A DNA stretch of 64,000 nucleotides from Acidimicrobiia bacterium (GTDB lineage: Bacteria > Actinomycetota > Acidimicrobiia > IMCC26256 > JACDBD01), in the NCBI GenBank assembly GCA_035316025.1, contig DATFXL010000048.1, positions 5,382 through 69,381 on the forward strand. Direction: 5' to 3'. The position numbers and the translations under genes were made by a program. This document shows positions 1-8,609 of the stretch, in pieces (positions within the stretch are counted from its first letter, which is position 1; each line of letters begins with the position of its first letter). The notes beneath the pieces are model-generated. The model worked only from the letters and a program-made list of their open reading frames with translations. It had not been told where the DNA came from and did no database searches.

Positions 1-361
1 CGAGCGCGCCGGCTGCGTACCGGTCGAAGCGGCTGGCGGCGACGGGAACCTGCATCGAACGACCGACCGTCGCGGTGCACCCGGTCTCGGCGATCACGAG
101 CGGGACGAGGTCCTCCACCTTCGCGCGAACGCGGCCAGCGGCCGCTTTGAGCAGCTCGGCGCGCTCTTCCGGGGTCGTCCGCGACCAGGACTCGAACGCG
201 TCGCGCGCGGCCCGCGCCGCGTCCAGCGCCTGCGTGACCGATGCCTCGGGCGCGACGCCGACGACGGCTTCGGTTGCCGGGTTGACGATCTCGTACCCGC
301 CGTCCCCGCCGTCGACCCAGTCGCCGCCGATCAGGAGCCGTTCGTCCGCCGTGACGCTCAT
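1..361 (-). CDS. aldehyde dehydrogenase family protein, N-terminal ~120 aa only (gene continues beyond the left edge)
   Basis: Absent from the ORF track because it runs off the window. My translation from the minus-strand ATG at 359-361 gives MSVTADERLLIGGDWVDGGDGGYEIVNPATEAVVGVAPEASVTQALDAARAARDAFESWSRTTPEERAELL, a canonical ALDH N-terminus. A GGGGAG run lies 6 nt upstream. Confidence 0.75.
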   Translation of the reverse strand, partial: MSVTADERLLIGGDWVDGGDGGYEIVNPATEAVVGVAPEASVTQALDAARAARDAFESWSRTTPEERAELLKAAAGRVRAKVEDLVPLVIAETGCTATVGRSMQVPVAASRFDRYAAGAL

Positions 362-428
362 CCCGTTCTCCCCGCTAGGATGCTCAATCTAGAACGTGTT
401 CTCATTTGCTGTCCAACGGCGGTGACAC

Positions 429-1307
429 GTGGACCTCGGCCGCGTCGGCATCTGGACGTTCGCGCTCGATCTCCAGCCGGCTGCCCGCGCATGCGATCTG
501 GCGGCCGAGCTCGACACGCTCGGCTACGGAGCGATCTGGGTGCCGGACGCGGTGGGCCGTGACCCGCTCGTGCATGCGGCCCTGCTGCTCGGCGGCACCG
601 ATCGCATCGCGATCGCAACCGGGATCGCCCAGATCTGGGGACGCGACCCGATGTCGATGAACGCGGGCTGGAAGACGCTCAGCGAAGCCTTCCCCGGGCG
701 GTTCGTGCTCGGGCTCGGCGTGAGCCACCAGCCGATTGTCGAGGGCCTTCGAGGCCGGAGCTACGCCCGCCCGCTCACCGCGATGCGCGAGTACCTCGAC
801 GGCATGGACCGCGCGATGTACGCGGCCATTGAACCGACCGAGGCACCGCGGCGCGTGCTCGCGGCGTTGGGACCGAAGATGCTGGCCCTGGCGGCCGAGC
901 GCACCGACGGCGCGCATCCGTACAACGTCCCGCCCGAGCACACAGCGCGCGCCCGGGAGATCCTCGGGCCCGACAAGTTGCTCGCGCCCGAGCAGGCCGT
1001 CCTGCTCGAGACGGATCCGGATGCGGCGCGCCGCATCGGGCGCGCCCACCTGGCGATCTACCGGGACCTTCCGAACTACATGAACAACCTGCGCCGGTTC
1101 GGCATCTCCGACGACGATCTTGCCGGCGACGGGAGTGATCGACTCGTCGACATGCTGGTCGCGTGGGGCGACGCCGAGGCCGTCAGCACGCGCGTGCGCG
1201 CTCACCTCGACGCCGGCGCCGACCACGTGGCCGTGCAGGTCCTCAAGCCCCACCGCACCGAGGTGCCGCTCGATGACTGGCGGGAGCTCGCGCCGGCGCT
1301 CCTCTAG
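429..1307 (+). CDS. LLM class F420-dependent oxidoreductase (luciferase-like monooxygenase family)
   Basis: Track ORF 429..1307 with a GTG start. GIWTFALD, LGYGAIWVPD and GRFVLGLGVSHQP are typical of actinobacterial LLM/F420 enzymes. It is divergent from the ALDH gene. Confidence 0.85.
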   Translation: MDLGRVGIWTFALDLQPAARACDLAAELDTLGYGAIWVPDAVGRDPLVHAALLLGGTDRIAIATGIAQIWGRDPMSMNAGWKTLSEAFPGRFVLGLGVSHQPIVEGLRGRSYARPLTAMREYLDGMDRAMYAAIEPTEAPRRVLAALGPKMLALAAERTDGAHPYNVPPEHTARAREILGPDKLLAPEQAVLLETDPDAARRIGRAHLAIYRDLPNYMNNLRRFGISDDDLAGDGSDRLVDMLVAWGDAEAVSTRVRAHLDAGADHVAVQVLKPHRTEVPLDDWRELAPALL

Positions 1308-1319
1308 AGTCCGACGGCA

Positions 1320-1766
1320 ATGGCGGAGAACACACCGACGTTCGAAACGTACGACGAGCGCGTCGCCGAAGGCATCGTGCGCGCGCACGAGCGGGACGAA
1401 GGCCTGCCGGGATACCTGGGTATCCGCCTGACGGACACGTGGCCAGGCGGGATGCGGGCCGGGGTCGACGTCCGCGACGACCTGCTCAATCCGTTCGGCA
1501 ACCTGCATGGCGGCGTGCTCGCCGCGCTGTGCGACCACCTGCTCGGAACGGTCTGCTACCCGGTGATCCCGTCCGGTGCGTGGGCGGCGACGACCGAGTT
1601 CAAGCTCAACTACCTCGCGCCGGTGACCGGCGGCACGTTGTCGGCGGCGGCGCAGATCGTCTCGCTCACGAAGCGGACGGCAGTGGTCCGCATCGAGGTC
1701 GACAACGACGGCCGGCCGGTTTGCCTCGCTCAAGGCACCGTCCTGGTGATGCCGCCCAAGCGATAA
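1320..1766 (+). CDS. PaaI-family hotdog-fold thioesterase
   Basis: Track ORF 1320..1766. NPFGNLHGGVLAALCDHLLG is the PaaI/4HBT signature region. Confidence 0.85.
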   Translation: MAENTPTFETYDERVAEGIVRAHERDEGLPGYLGIRLTDTWPGGMRAGVDVRDDLLNPFGNLHGGVLAALCDHLLGTVCYPVIPSGAWAATTEFKLNYLAPVTGGTLSAAAQIVSLTKRTAVVRIEVDNDGRPVCLAQGTVLVMPPKR

Positions 1767-1806
1767 GACGCGATGAGTTCCGGGGGTCGCCCCGGTCAGA
1801 TTCCAC

Positions 1807-2529
1807 ATGCCGATCTATCCCGGGGAATCGCCGGAGTACCGGGCGGCGCGTGACGCGCTCCTCGAACGCGAGATCCGCCTCCGGCGCGAGACGGAGGCGG
1901 TGGCGGCGGCCCGCCGTGCCCTCCCGTCCGGCGGCGTGGTCCCGGAGGACTACGTCTTCCACGAACTCGCTGGCGGCGGCCGGCAAACCGTGCGGCTTTC
2001 CGAGCTGTTCGCGCCAGGGCGGGACTCGCTGGCCATCTACAGCATGATGTTCCCGCGCTACCACGGCGACGAGCGCCCCGGCCCCGCCGGCGGCGAGACG
2101 GCGCGTCTGCCGCTGGTCGAGGGGCCGTGTCCGTCGTGCACGGCGTTGCTCGACCAGCTCGACGGCGCCGCCGACCACGTGAGCCAGCGGATGAACTTCG
2201 CCGTCGTAGCCAAGGCCCCTGTCGAACGCGTCGCCGCGTTCGCACAGGAACGCGGCTGGCGCCGGCTCCGAGTCCTCTCCTCTACCGGCACCACCTACAA
2301 CCGCGACTACCTCGCCGAGACGCCCGAGGGCGACCAGATGCCCATGCTCAATGTCTTCCACCGCGACGGTGACACGATCCGGCACTTCTGGGGCTCAGAG
2401 CTCTTGTACGCGCCGAGGGAGCCAGACCAGGACCCGCGCCACGTCGGCATGCTCGAGCCCCTGTGGAACTTCTTCGACCTCACTCCCGAGGGGCGCCCGA
2501 CGGACTGGGAGGAGCAGCTCAGTTACTGA
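1807..2529 (+). CDS. DUF899 thioredoxin-like family protein
   Basis: Track ORF 1807..2529. It has a CPSC redox motif (GPCPSCTALLD), and the YRAARDALLEREIRLRRE N-terminus is typical of DUF899. Confidence 0.8.
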   Translation: MPIYPGESPEYRAARDALLEREIRLRRETEAVAAARRALPSGGVVPEDYVFHELAGGGRQTVRLSELFAPGRDSLAIYSMMFPRYHGDERPGPAGGETARLPLVEGPCPSCTALLDQLDGAADHVSQRMNFAVVAKAPVERVAAFAQERGWRRLRVLSSTGTTYNRDYLAETPEGDQMPMLNVFHRDGDTIRHFWGSELLYAPREPDQDPRHVGMLEPLWNFFDLTPEGRPTDWEEQLSY

Positions 2530-2537
2530 GTTCGACC

Positions 2538-2803
2538 GCCGCGGAGGCGGCGGCTTTGCCGACCGCCGGAGCAGGAGCCCGAGCTTGCGAGGGCGACAGG
2601 TTAGGCCGCGGAGGCGGCGGCTTTGCCGACCGCCGGAGCAGGAGCCCGAGATTGCGAGCGCGACAGTTAGGCCGCGGAGGCGGCGGCTTTGCCGACCGCC
2701 GGAGCAGGAGCCCGAGCTTGCGAGGGCGACCGGCTAAGCCGCGGAGGCGGCGGCTTTGCCGACCGCCGGAGCAGGAGCCCGAGCTTGCGAGCGCGACAGT
2801 TAG
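2538..2803. repeat. 4-copy 66/67-bp intergenic tandem repeat (MIRU/VNTR-like)
   Basis: Head-to-tail units lie at 2538-2604, 2605-2670, 2671-2737 and 2738-2803 (67/66/67/66 bp). The first 46 nt are identical in all units. The tails alternate between two variants (A-B-A'-B, i.e. a duplicated 133-bp dimer). Each unit holds the hairpin GGCGGCGGC-TTT-GCCG(A)CCGCC. The array sits between convergent genes, and its last unit contains the TAA stop (2800-2802) of the amidohydrolase gene. Confidence 0.95.
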
Positions 2804-3993
2804 GCCAACGCCAGCTGCAGCATCCGGATCGCGTTGCCGCGCACGATCTTCTCGATCTGGTCCTCGTCGAGATCCTTCATCTGCCGCTCGGCGACCTCCT
2901 TGCTGTTCGGCCACGTGGAGTCGCTGTGTGGGTAATCGGTCTCGAACGTGATCGTGTCGACGCCCATGTCCTCGAGTGACCGCAGGCCGTGTGGGTCGTC
3001 GAAGAAACAGCCGTACACGTGCTCCCGGTAGTACTGGCTCGGCGGTTTCTTCACCTTGTCGGCGACGCCCCCCCACGCCCGGTTGTGGTCCCACACCGCG
3101 TCGGCACGCTCGAGCACGTACGGGATCCACCCGATCTGGCCTTCGGAGTATGCGATCACGAGGTTGGGGAACTTCTCGAACACGCCCGACATCAGGAAGT
3201 CGGTCAAGGACATGGCGGCGTTCATGTACGTGAGCGTCGAGCCCACAGCCGGCGGCGCGTCCTTCGACGTCGACGGCATCTTCGACGACGAGCCGATGTG
3301 CATGCACACGACCGTGCCCGTCTCGGCGCACGCCCGGAAGAACGGGTCCCAGTAACCGTCGGCGTCGTGGATCGACGGCAACCCGAGAAACGGCGGGATC
3401 TCGGTGAACGCGACAGCGTGTCCGCCGCGGGCCGCGTTCCTGTGGATCTCCTCACCTGCGAGCTCGGAGTCCCACAGCTGGACGATCGGGAGCGGGATCA
3501 ATCGACCGTCCGATCCCGCGCACCACTCGTCGAACATCCAGTCGTTGTAGGCCTTGACGCAGAGATCGGAGAGCTCCTTGTCCTCGGCCTCCATGAACGT
3601 CTGACCGCAGAAACGGGGGAACGTCGGGAACGACAGCGAAGCCTCGACCCAATTGGTGTCCATGTCCTCGAGGCGCGCTTTCGGGTCGTAACAGCCCGGG
3701 CGCATCTCCTCGTACGTGATCGCCGTGATCTTGACCTCGTCGCGGTCGAAGCCGACGGCTGCGCTCAGGCGCGTCTGCGGAATCTTCTTGTCCTCGTAGT
3801 GCCACCAGTCGCAGGGATTGCCTTCGCCCTTCGAGTAGGAGAAGTTCCCGCCGACGAACGTCATCTCACCCAACGGCGCCCTCTCGACCCGAGGACCGAC
3901 GTCGAGGTACTTCTTGGGCAGCCGCTTCTGCCACACGTCGGCCGGCTCCACCACGTGGTCGTCCACCGAGATGATCTTCGGGATATCTGTCAT
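2800..3993 (-). CDS. amidohydrolase family protein (Amidohydro_2 / ACMSD-like metal-dependent hydrolase)
   Basis: Track ORF 2800..3993. It has the N-terminal ISVDDHVVEP metal-binding HxH-type motif, CMHIGSS and ETDYPHSDSTWP. It is a paralogue of 26424-27704. Confidence 0.9.
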   Translation of the reverse strand: MTDIPKIISVDDHVVEPADVWQKRLPKKYLDVGPRVERAPLGEMTFVGGNFSYSKGEGNPCDWWHYEDKKIPQTRLSAAVGFDRDEVKITAITYEEMRPGCYDPKARLEDMDTNWVEASLSFPTFPRFCGQTFMEAEDKELSDLCVKAYNDWMFDEWCAGSDGRLIPLPIVQLWDSELAGEEIHRNAARGGHAVAFTEIPPFLGLPSIHDADGYWDPFFRACAETGTVVCMHIGSSSKMPSTSKDAPPAVGSTLTYMNAAMSLTDFLMSGVFEKFPNLVIAYSEGQIGWIPYVLERADAVWDHNRAWGGVADKVKKPPSQYYREHVYGCFFDDPHGLRSLEDMGVDTITFETDYPHSDSTWPNSKEVAERQMKDLDEDQIEKIVRGNAIRMLQLALA

Positions 3994-4020
3994 ACGAGCG
4001 AGCTTAGACCTGACGCCCCG

Positions 4021-4827
4021 TCAGATCGAAGGGATGGGCCGCCGAGTGAGGATCACGTGGATCGCGAAGCCGCCGGCGGCGACGACGAGCGCGCCGATCA
4101 CGATGATGAGCGTGCTGTTGGTGAGGCTGCGGGCGATGACGTCCCACGCGGCATCGAACGCGTCGCGGCTAGCGAGCCGGTGGAGCGTGTCTCCGACGAG
4201 CTGCTTGGCCAGCGCCATGAACGCGAGGAAGAGGAGTGACACGCCGGCGACCACGGCGCCGGCGATCCCGAGCGTGAGCCACCGGCGCTCCGACATTGCG
4301 ACGGCCAGAGCGAGCAACGCGAGGACCACGAGGGGTGTCAGGAGGGCAACGCGCTGGGCGCCGTCGACCGCGCCCCACAGCACGCGGACTTCGCTCCGGC
4401 GGGCGATGACGATCGGCTGGACCTGGACGCCGCGCAGGGCCGCGGCGACCTGAGGGTTCTGGGAGCGAGCGAGGTTCACGCCCGGGGTGACGTCGAGGGT
4501 GATGGTGTCCTTGCCCGAAGTGAGCTGGTCATGCACCTCTCCCAGGGACTGCTTGAACGCGGCTCGGTAGGCGGGGGTGGTCAGGGCCGCGCTGATTCCG
4601 GCCCTGATCGCCGGCTCCGCCGCGGTCGGCACGGGTCGGGTGGTGTTCGCGAGCACCGCGTCGGCGATGCCCAGTCGTACCGCTTCCCGATCGAGCAGGT
4701 CGTCCGAGAGGTTCGTGAACCGCTCGCGATCCAACAGCACCTGCTGCGTCCAAAGGCCGACGAGCGCGAGCGGGAGCAGGAAGCCCGCTGCCACGAGGAG
4801 CAGCGTGACGAGAGCCGGCCGGCTCAC
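4021..4827 (-). CDS. hypothetical integral membrane protein
   Basis: This is the 3' part of track ORF 4021..4938. The start is trimmed to the GTG at 4827, which forms a GTGA overlap with the stop (4824-4826) of the upstream HdeD-like gene. It has an N-terminal TM segment (ALVTLLLVAAGFLLPLALVGLW) and three C-terminal TM segments. I recognise no family. Confidence 0.6.
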   Translation of the reverse strand: MSRPALVTLLLVAAGFLLPLALVGLWTQQVLLDRERFTNLSDDLLDREAVRLGIADAVLANTTRPVPTAAEPAIRAGISAALTTPAYRAAFKQSLGEVHDQLTSGKDTITLDVTPGVNLARSQNPQVAAALRGVQVQPIVIARRSEVRVLWGAVDGAQRVALLTPLVVLALLALAVAMSERRWLTLGIAGAVVAGVSLLFLAFMALAKQLVGDTLHRLASRDAFDAAWDVIARSLTNSTLIIVIGALVVAAGGFAIHVILTRRPIPSI

Positions 4828-5402
4828 ACGGCCGGTTGTCTCCGCAGGACGAACGCGAAGCGGGTGAGGACGGCGCCCCAGAAGAGCAGCATGAATCCGA
4901 TCACGAGCGCCACGACGAGGATCGTGATCCCGGGCCACACCACGGTGATCACAGCCGCAACGAGCGCGGCGATCCCCTTGGCGACGAAGTGCCCGGAGTG
5001 CGGGCGCTCCTCACCGCGGTGGCGATACGCGTAGTAGAGCGTCATGACGGCGTAGACGATCAGCCACGCCGCGAGCAGCAGCGCGAGCACGAGGGCGGTG
5101 ACGTCCGGCCAGGCGAGGACGACGATGCCGGCGATCACGTCGACGATCCCGCGGAACAGGATGAAGCCCCACCCCTCCGTGTGGCGTTCGGTGATCGACC
5201 AGCCGATCTCGGCGCCCCCCGCGACGATGAGGAACACGCCCAGCACGAACACGAGCGCCAGCACGGTGACGCCCGGCCACACCAGGGTGATGATGCCGGC
5301 GATCAGCGACAGGATCCCGAGCGCCAGCACCCAGGGCCAGCTGCGGTGCACGTCGACGGTCTTGACCTCGACCTCGGGCTCGGGCGGCGGCGTTGTGCTC
5401 AT
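4824..5402 (-). CDS. HdeD-family (DUF308) acid-resistance-type membrane protein
   Basis: This is the C-terminal 192 aa of merged track ORF 4824..6284. The ATG at 5402 is preceded by AGGGGAG with a 5-nt spacer. It shows repeated glycine-rich TM pairs (LGILSLIAGIITLVWPG, IVDVIAGIVVLAWPD, GIAALVAAVITVVWPG). The upstream part of the track ORF is antisense to the SDR gene. Confidence 0.8.
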   Translation of the reverse strand: MSTTPPPEPEVEVKTVDVHRSWPWVLALGILSLIAGIITLVWPGVTVLALVFVLGVFLIVAGGAEIGWSITERHTEGWGFILFRGIVDVIAGIVVLAWPDVTALVLALLLAAWLIVYAVMTLYYAYRHRGEERPHSGHFVAKGIAALVAAVITVVWPGITILVVALVIGFMLLFWGAVLTRFAFVLRRQPAV

Positions 5403-5498
5403 CGTGACTCCCCTGCGGTCGCGAACGGCGCTTCGGAACATAGCGCCCGGGCCCGTCGAGCGCCGGGGTACGGTCCGGGCGGACAGGAAGGACCAGCG

Positions 5499-6275
5499 AT
5501 GATCCTCGACAGCAAGACAATGGTGGTGTCGGGTGTCGGCTCCGGCCTCGGGCGGGAGATCGCCGTCGCTGCCGCCCGCGAAGGAGCGAACGTCGCGCTC
5601 GGCGCGCGCACCGAGGCGAACCTCGAGAAGGCCGCCGCCGAGATCGACCCGTCCGGCGCACGTGTTACGTGGGAGGTCACCGACATCACCGACCCTGGGC
5701 AATGCGAGCGCCTCGCAGCCGCTGCGATCGACCGCTTCGGTCGGATCGACGCGCTCGTGAACTGCGCTGCACTCGACGCGGTGTTCGGGGGACTCGAGCA
5801 GGCGGACTGGGACAGCTGGCGCCAGGCCGTGGAGGTGAACCTGTTCGGCACGATGCAGATGACACAGGCCGTCATCCCCTCGATGAAGGAGCGGGGCGGG
5901 TCGATCGTGTTCATCGGCAGCCAGGCGATGTTCTGGTCTCAGCTGCCACAGGCGGCGTACGCGGCGTCGAAGGCGGCCACGCTCGGTGCCGTCACGCACC
6001 TCGCACGGGAGCTCGGCCCCTACCGCATCCGGGTGAACACCGTCGTGCCGTCGTGGATGTGGGGCCCTCCGGTGGAGATGTACGTCGACATGACGTCGAA
6101 GGCGCAGAACGTCGACCCCGAGACCGTGGTGAGCGGGATCACCGAGAAGATGCCGTTGGGCGAGATCCCGAGCGACGGGGACGTCGCCGAGGTCGTCGTG
6201 TTCTTCGCCTCCGACCGGGCCCGCATGGTCACCGGTCAGTCCCTGCTCGTCAACGCAGGCGAGTACATCCGTTGA
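5499..6275 (+). CDS. SDR family oxidoreductase
   Basis: This is the C-terminal 258 aa of track ORF 4836..6275. The ATG at 5499 follows GGAAGGA. It has VSGVGSGLG (TGxxxGxG variant), a YAASK catalytic Y-x-x-x-K and NAG. Confidence 0.9.
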   Translation: MILDSKTMVVSGVGSGLGREIAVAAAREGANVALGARTEANLEKAAAEIDPSGARVTWEVTDITDPGQCERLAAAAIDRFGRIDALVNCAALDAVFGGLEQADWDSWRQAVEVNLFGTMQMTQAVIPSMKERGGSIVFIGSQAMFWSQLPQAAYAASKAATLGAVTHLARELGPYRIRVNTVVPSWMWGPPVEMYVDMTSKAQNVDPETVVSGITEKMPLGEIPSDGDVAEVVVFFASDRARMVTGQSLLVNAGEYIR

Positions 6276-6323
6276 CCTGATCATGCTTCCCCCGGGGGGA
6301 CTCTTTGGCTCCCAGGGGACGCA

Positions 6324-7712
6324 TCAGACGGGCGAGCCCGGCGCGACGAGAGGCCAGGGGCGTTCGCGCTCGGCGGTGAGCGCGAGGTCGAGGAGGAGCG
6401 GCTCCTCGAAGTGGCGGCCGATCACCTGGAGGCCGACCGGCAGGCCGCGGTTGGAACCGATCGGGATCGAGCACGCCGGGTTGCCGAACACGTTGGCGGG
6501 AATGGTCAACGCGCCGTTATTGCCCAGCTCCGCCTGCTGATCGCCGACTTGGGTGGGGAGCGGTCCTTCGGCCGCGAACGCGACGTCAGGGTTGGCCGCG
6601 GCGATGACGAAGTCGACCTGGTCGAAGATCTCCGCCATCGCCTCGTTCATCGCGGTGCGGCGATTCTCGATCCGGGCGCGCGCCGCCATGTTGTACACCT
6701 CGGTCGCGACCTTGAGCCCGAACCCGATCTCGAGGGTGAGGTCCGGCTCGCAGTCGGGATAACGGTCACCGAGGAGCGCGAGCACCTCGGACAGTCCTGA
6801 CAACGCCCACTCGTAGCCGAGCTCCGGGAGCTTCACGGGTACGTCGACGAGCTCGAGCCCGGCGTCGCGGGCGAGCGCCTCGCCGTTGCTCACGACCATC
6901 TCGGCGACCTCGGGATGGACCACGGCGATGCCGAGGTCGGGCGCGATCACCGCCCGCTTGCCGCGGAGCTCACGCGTGCCGAGAGCGGCTTCCCATCCGT
7001 CGACCGGGGCGAGGCTGTACGGGTCGCGATGGTCGAACCCGTTCGTGACGTCGGCGAACCGCGCGGTGTCGCGCACCGAGCGGGATACACAGCCGAGGAC
7101 CGCCGTCACGGATCCGAGCAGCATCTCCGGGCTCTTCGGGATCCGGCCGTACGTGCACTTCAGCCCGAACAAGCCGGTGAACCCGGCCGGGATGCGCAAC
7201 GATCCGCCTCCGTCGCCGCCGGTCCCGACGGTGACGAGCCCGCCGGCGACCGCCGCCGCTCCCCCACCCGTCGACCCGCCGGGCGTACATGCCAGATCCC
7301 AGGGGTTACGGGTCACGCCGTTGAGGTTCGTGCGCGTGAGGTTCACGCCGCCGAACTCACTCGACGTCGTCAAACCGACCAGCACCGCGCCCGCGTCGCG
7401 CAGCCGAGCAACGAGCGCGGAGTCGTGCGTCGCCACCTGGTCCTTCAGCGGCACGCTCGCCTGGGTGTACGGCCAGCCGGCGACGGAGTCGAGCTCCTTC
7501 ACGCCCACGGGCACTCCGCCGAAGGGCAACGCCGGGTCGGCGCAGGCGGCGGCGTCATGAGCCGCTTCCGCGTCGAGGTACGAGAACGCGTTGAGACCGG
7601 AAGTCTCGATCGCGGCGAGCGTCACCTCCAGCTCGTCGTCGGGCGTTCGGTCGCCGGACCGAAACGCATCGACGAGTGAGCACGCATCACCGAGCCAAGG
7701 CGTGCGTGTCAT
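6324..7712 (-). CDS. amidase (amidase-signature family)
   Basis: Track ORF 6324..7712. It has GGSTGGGAAAVAGG and GGDGGGSLRIPA amidase-signature motifs. Confidence 0.9.
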   Translation of the reverse strand: MTRTPWLGDACSLVDAFRSGDRTPDDELEVTLAAIETSGLNAFSYLDAEAAHDAAACADPALPFGGVPVGVKELDSVAGWPYTQASVPLKDQVATHDSALVARLRDAGAVLVGLTTSSEFGGVNLTRTNLNGVTRNPWDLACTPGGSTGGGAAAVAGGLVTVGTGGDGGGSLRIPAGFTGLFGLKCTYGRIPKSPEMLLGSVTAVLGCVSRSVRDTARFADVTNGFDHRDPYSLAPVDGWEAALGTRELRGKRAVIAPDLGIAVVHPEVAEMVVSNGEALARDAGLELVDVPVKLPELGYEWALSGLSEVLALLGDRYPDCEPDLTLEIGFGLKVATEVYNMAARARIENRRTAMNEAMAEIFDQVDFVIAAANPDVAFAAEGPLPTQVGDQQAELGNNGALTIPANVFGNPACSIPIGSNRGLPVGLQVIGRHFEEPLLLDLALTAERERPWPLVAPGSPV

Positions 7713-7722
7713 CGCCTGGATG

Positions 7723-8346
7723 CTACGCGCGCCATGCCGAGGTGACCGCGGCCGTGGTCGTGAGCGTCGCGACGAGGATCAGTGTGTTCTCCAAAACCGC
7801 CTCGGCGTATTCGGTGGGTACGCCAGCAACTGCGTCGCGCGGCATCACGAACTGATAGCCGCGGTTCACCGCATCGAACGCGAAGTTCGTCATGCCGACG
7901 TTCACCGACACGCCGACGCCCACGATCGTCGTCACACCGAGGTTGCGGAGGATCGGATCGAGCTCGGTGCCCGTCATCGGGCCCAGTCCATGATGTCGAG
8001 GGAGAACCAGGTCGGCGGGATCGACGCCGATCTCCTCCGGCGGCTGGACGGCGGCCGAACCCGGGTTGAGCTGCACCGAGGACTTCTGCGCGCCCATGAA
8101 GAGCCGGGCGTTGCGGTTGGCACCCTTCCGGTCGGCACGCGTCTCCGCCGTGCAGTGCACGACCGGGACACCGGCGGCGCGAGCCGACCGGGCGAGCTCG
8201 GCACAATGCGGCACGACACCCGTCTTCGCCGCCTCCGCCGCCAGCATCGGCAACGCCGACTCGTCGCCGACGACGCCGTTCTGGACCTCCTGCAGCACGA
8301 GGGCCGTATGGCCGGGCGCGACCAGTTGGTGCAGGTCGAGTGGCAT
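7723..8346 (-). CDS. isochorismatase-family cysteine hydrolase
   Basis: This is the 3' part of track ORF 7723..8592. The start is set at the ATG at 8346 (MPLDLHQLVAPGHTALVLQEVQNG), the usual distance before the family's TALLVID-like strand. It has a conserved VGVGVSVNVGM / C-terminal region. It lies 10 nt upstream of the amidase, probably in an operon. Alternative starts are 8412 and 8592. Confidence 0.78.
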   Translation of the reverse strand: MPLDLHQLVAPGHTALVLQEVQNGVVGDESALPMLAAEAAKTGVVPHCAELARSARAAGVPVVHCTAETRADRKGANRNARLFMGAQKSSVQLNPGSAAVQPPEEIGVDPADLVLPRHHGLGPMTGTELDPILRNLGVTTIVGVGVSVNVGMTNFAFDAVNRGYQFVMPRDAVAGVPTEYAEAVLENTLILVATLTTTAAVTSAWRA

Positions 8347-8401
8347 GGTGACAGGCGAGGCTATCGGGGGATGCGACGGAGCAGCGCAGCCGCGCTCGCG
8401 A

Positions 8402-8605
8402 GTGCTCGTCATCGCCGTCGCCGTGTGCGGGTTGTTGCAGGCGGCGCGCATCTCGCTGTCGGGATACGGGACGACGGTGGCCGGGTGCGCGTTCGCGTTC
8501 TCCGTGATCGTCAACAGCGACCGGGCCCAAGCCGCCGCCGAGCCGCTCGACGCCCTGATCGGGGCGGTGGCCGCGTATCCGGGACGAACCATCCGGGTAG
8601 CCTGA
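8402..8605 (+). CDS. possible small hydrophobic protein (67 aa), uncertain
   Basis: This is the tail of track ORF 8066..8605 (VLVIAVAVCGLLQAARISLSGYGTTVAGCAFAFSVIVNSDRAQAAAEPLDALIGAVAAYPGRTIRVA). It shares third codon positions with the minus-strand ORF. The plus frame has the coding-like pattern GC1 > GC2 and about half G at codon position 1 (hand count). It ends 4 nt before the BON-domain gene. Confidence 0.3.
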   Translation: MLVIAVAVCGLLQAARISLSGYGTTVAGCAFAFSVIVNSDRAQAAAEPLDALIGAVAAYPGRTIRVA

Positions 8606-8609
8606 GCGT

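Noticed and set aside
391-402. AGAAC-GT-GTTCT palindrome in the ALDH/LLM divergent promoter, considered as a LexA (Cheo-type GAAC-N4-GTTC) box.
   Set aside because: The spacing between the GAAC and GTTC half-sites is 2 nt rather than 4, and no DNA-repair gene flanks it. It may still be an operator for an unknown regulator, but I cannot support an SOS-box call.
402-1808. Long ORFs such as 402..1808 (-), 2989..4239 (+), 10513..11685 (+), 15086..17434 (+), 18025..19653 (+), 20220..22079 (+), 21442..23061 (-), 25453..26706 (+), 44135..45472 (+) and 61697..62884 (+).
   Set aside because: They are Arg/Ala/Gly/Pro-rich low-complexity translations. They lie antisense to, or out of frame with, genes that have clear family motifs. 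This is the expected artefact of about 70% GC DNA, where stop codons are rare.
2538-2803. Possible CRISPR array.
   Set aside because: The units abut directly with no unique spacers, there are only four copies, and there are no cas genes in the window. It is a tandem repeat, not a CRISPR array.
2351-3331. ORFs reading through the tandem repeat (2351..2737 +, 2463..2951 +, 2519..3331 -), which give repeated peptides such as GGGGFADRRSRSPSLRGR.
   Set aside because: The periodicity is 66/67 bp, so the frame is not preserved between units. There is no protein-like composition. The ORFs overlap the well-supported DUF899 and amidohydrolase genes. I treat this as a non-coding repeat.
4824-6284. Merged track ORFs whose 5' parts extend far upstream of the recognisable domain (4824..6284, 13345..14205, 13875..14891, 24863..26359, 25618..27567, 43446..45338, 45010..46617, 47546..49462, 54042..55316).
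   Set aside because: In each case the upstream part is Arg/Pro/Gly-rich, overlaps a well-supported gene on the same or opposite strand, and has an internal start that abuts or overlaps the upstream gene's stop. Only the 3' domains are reported.
6287-6300. C5G6 palindrome (TTCCCCCGGGGGGA) between the convergent SDR and amidase genes, considered as a bidirectional terminator.
   Set aside because: A palindrome with no loop nucleotides gives only a very short effective stem, and only a weak CTCTTT tract follows. That is not enough to call a terminator.
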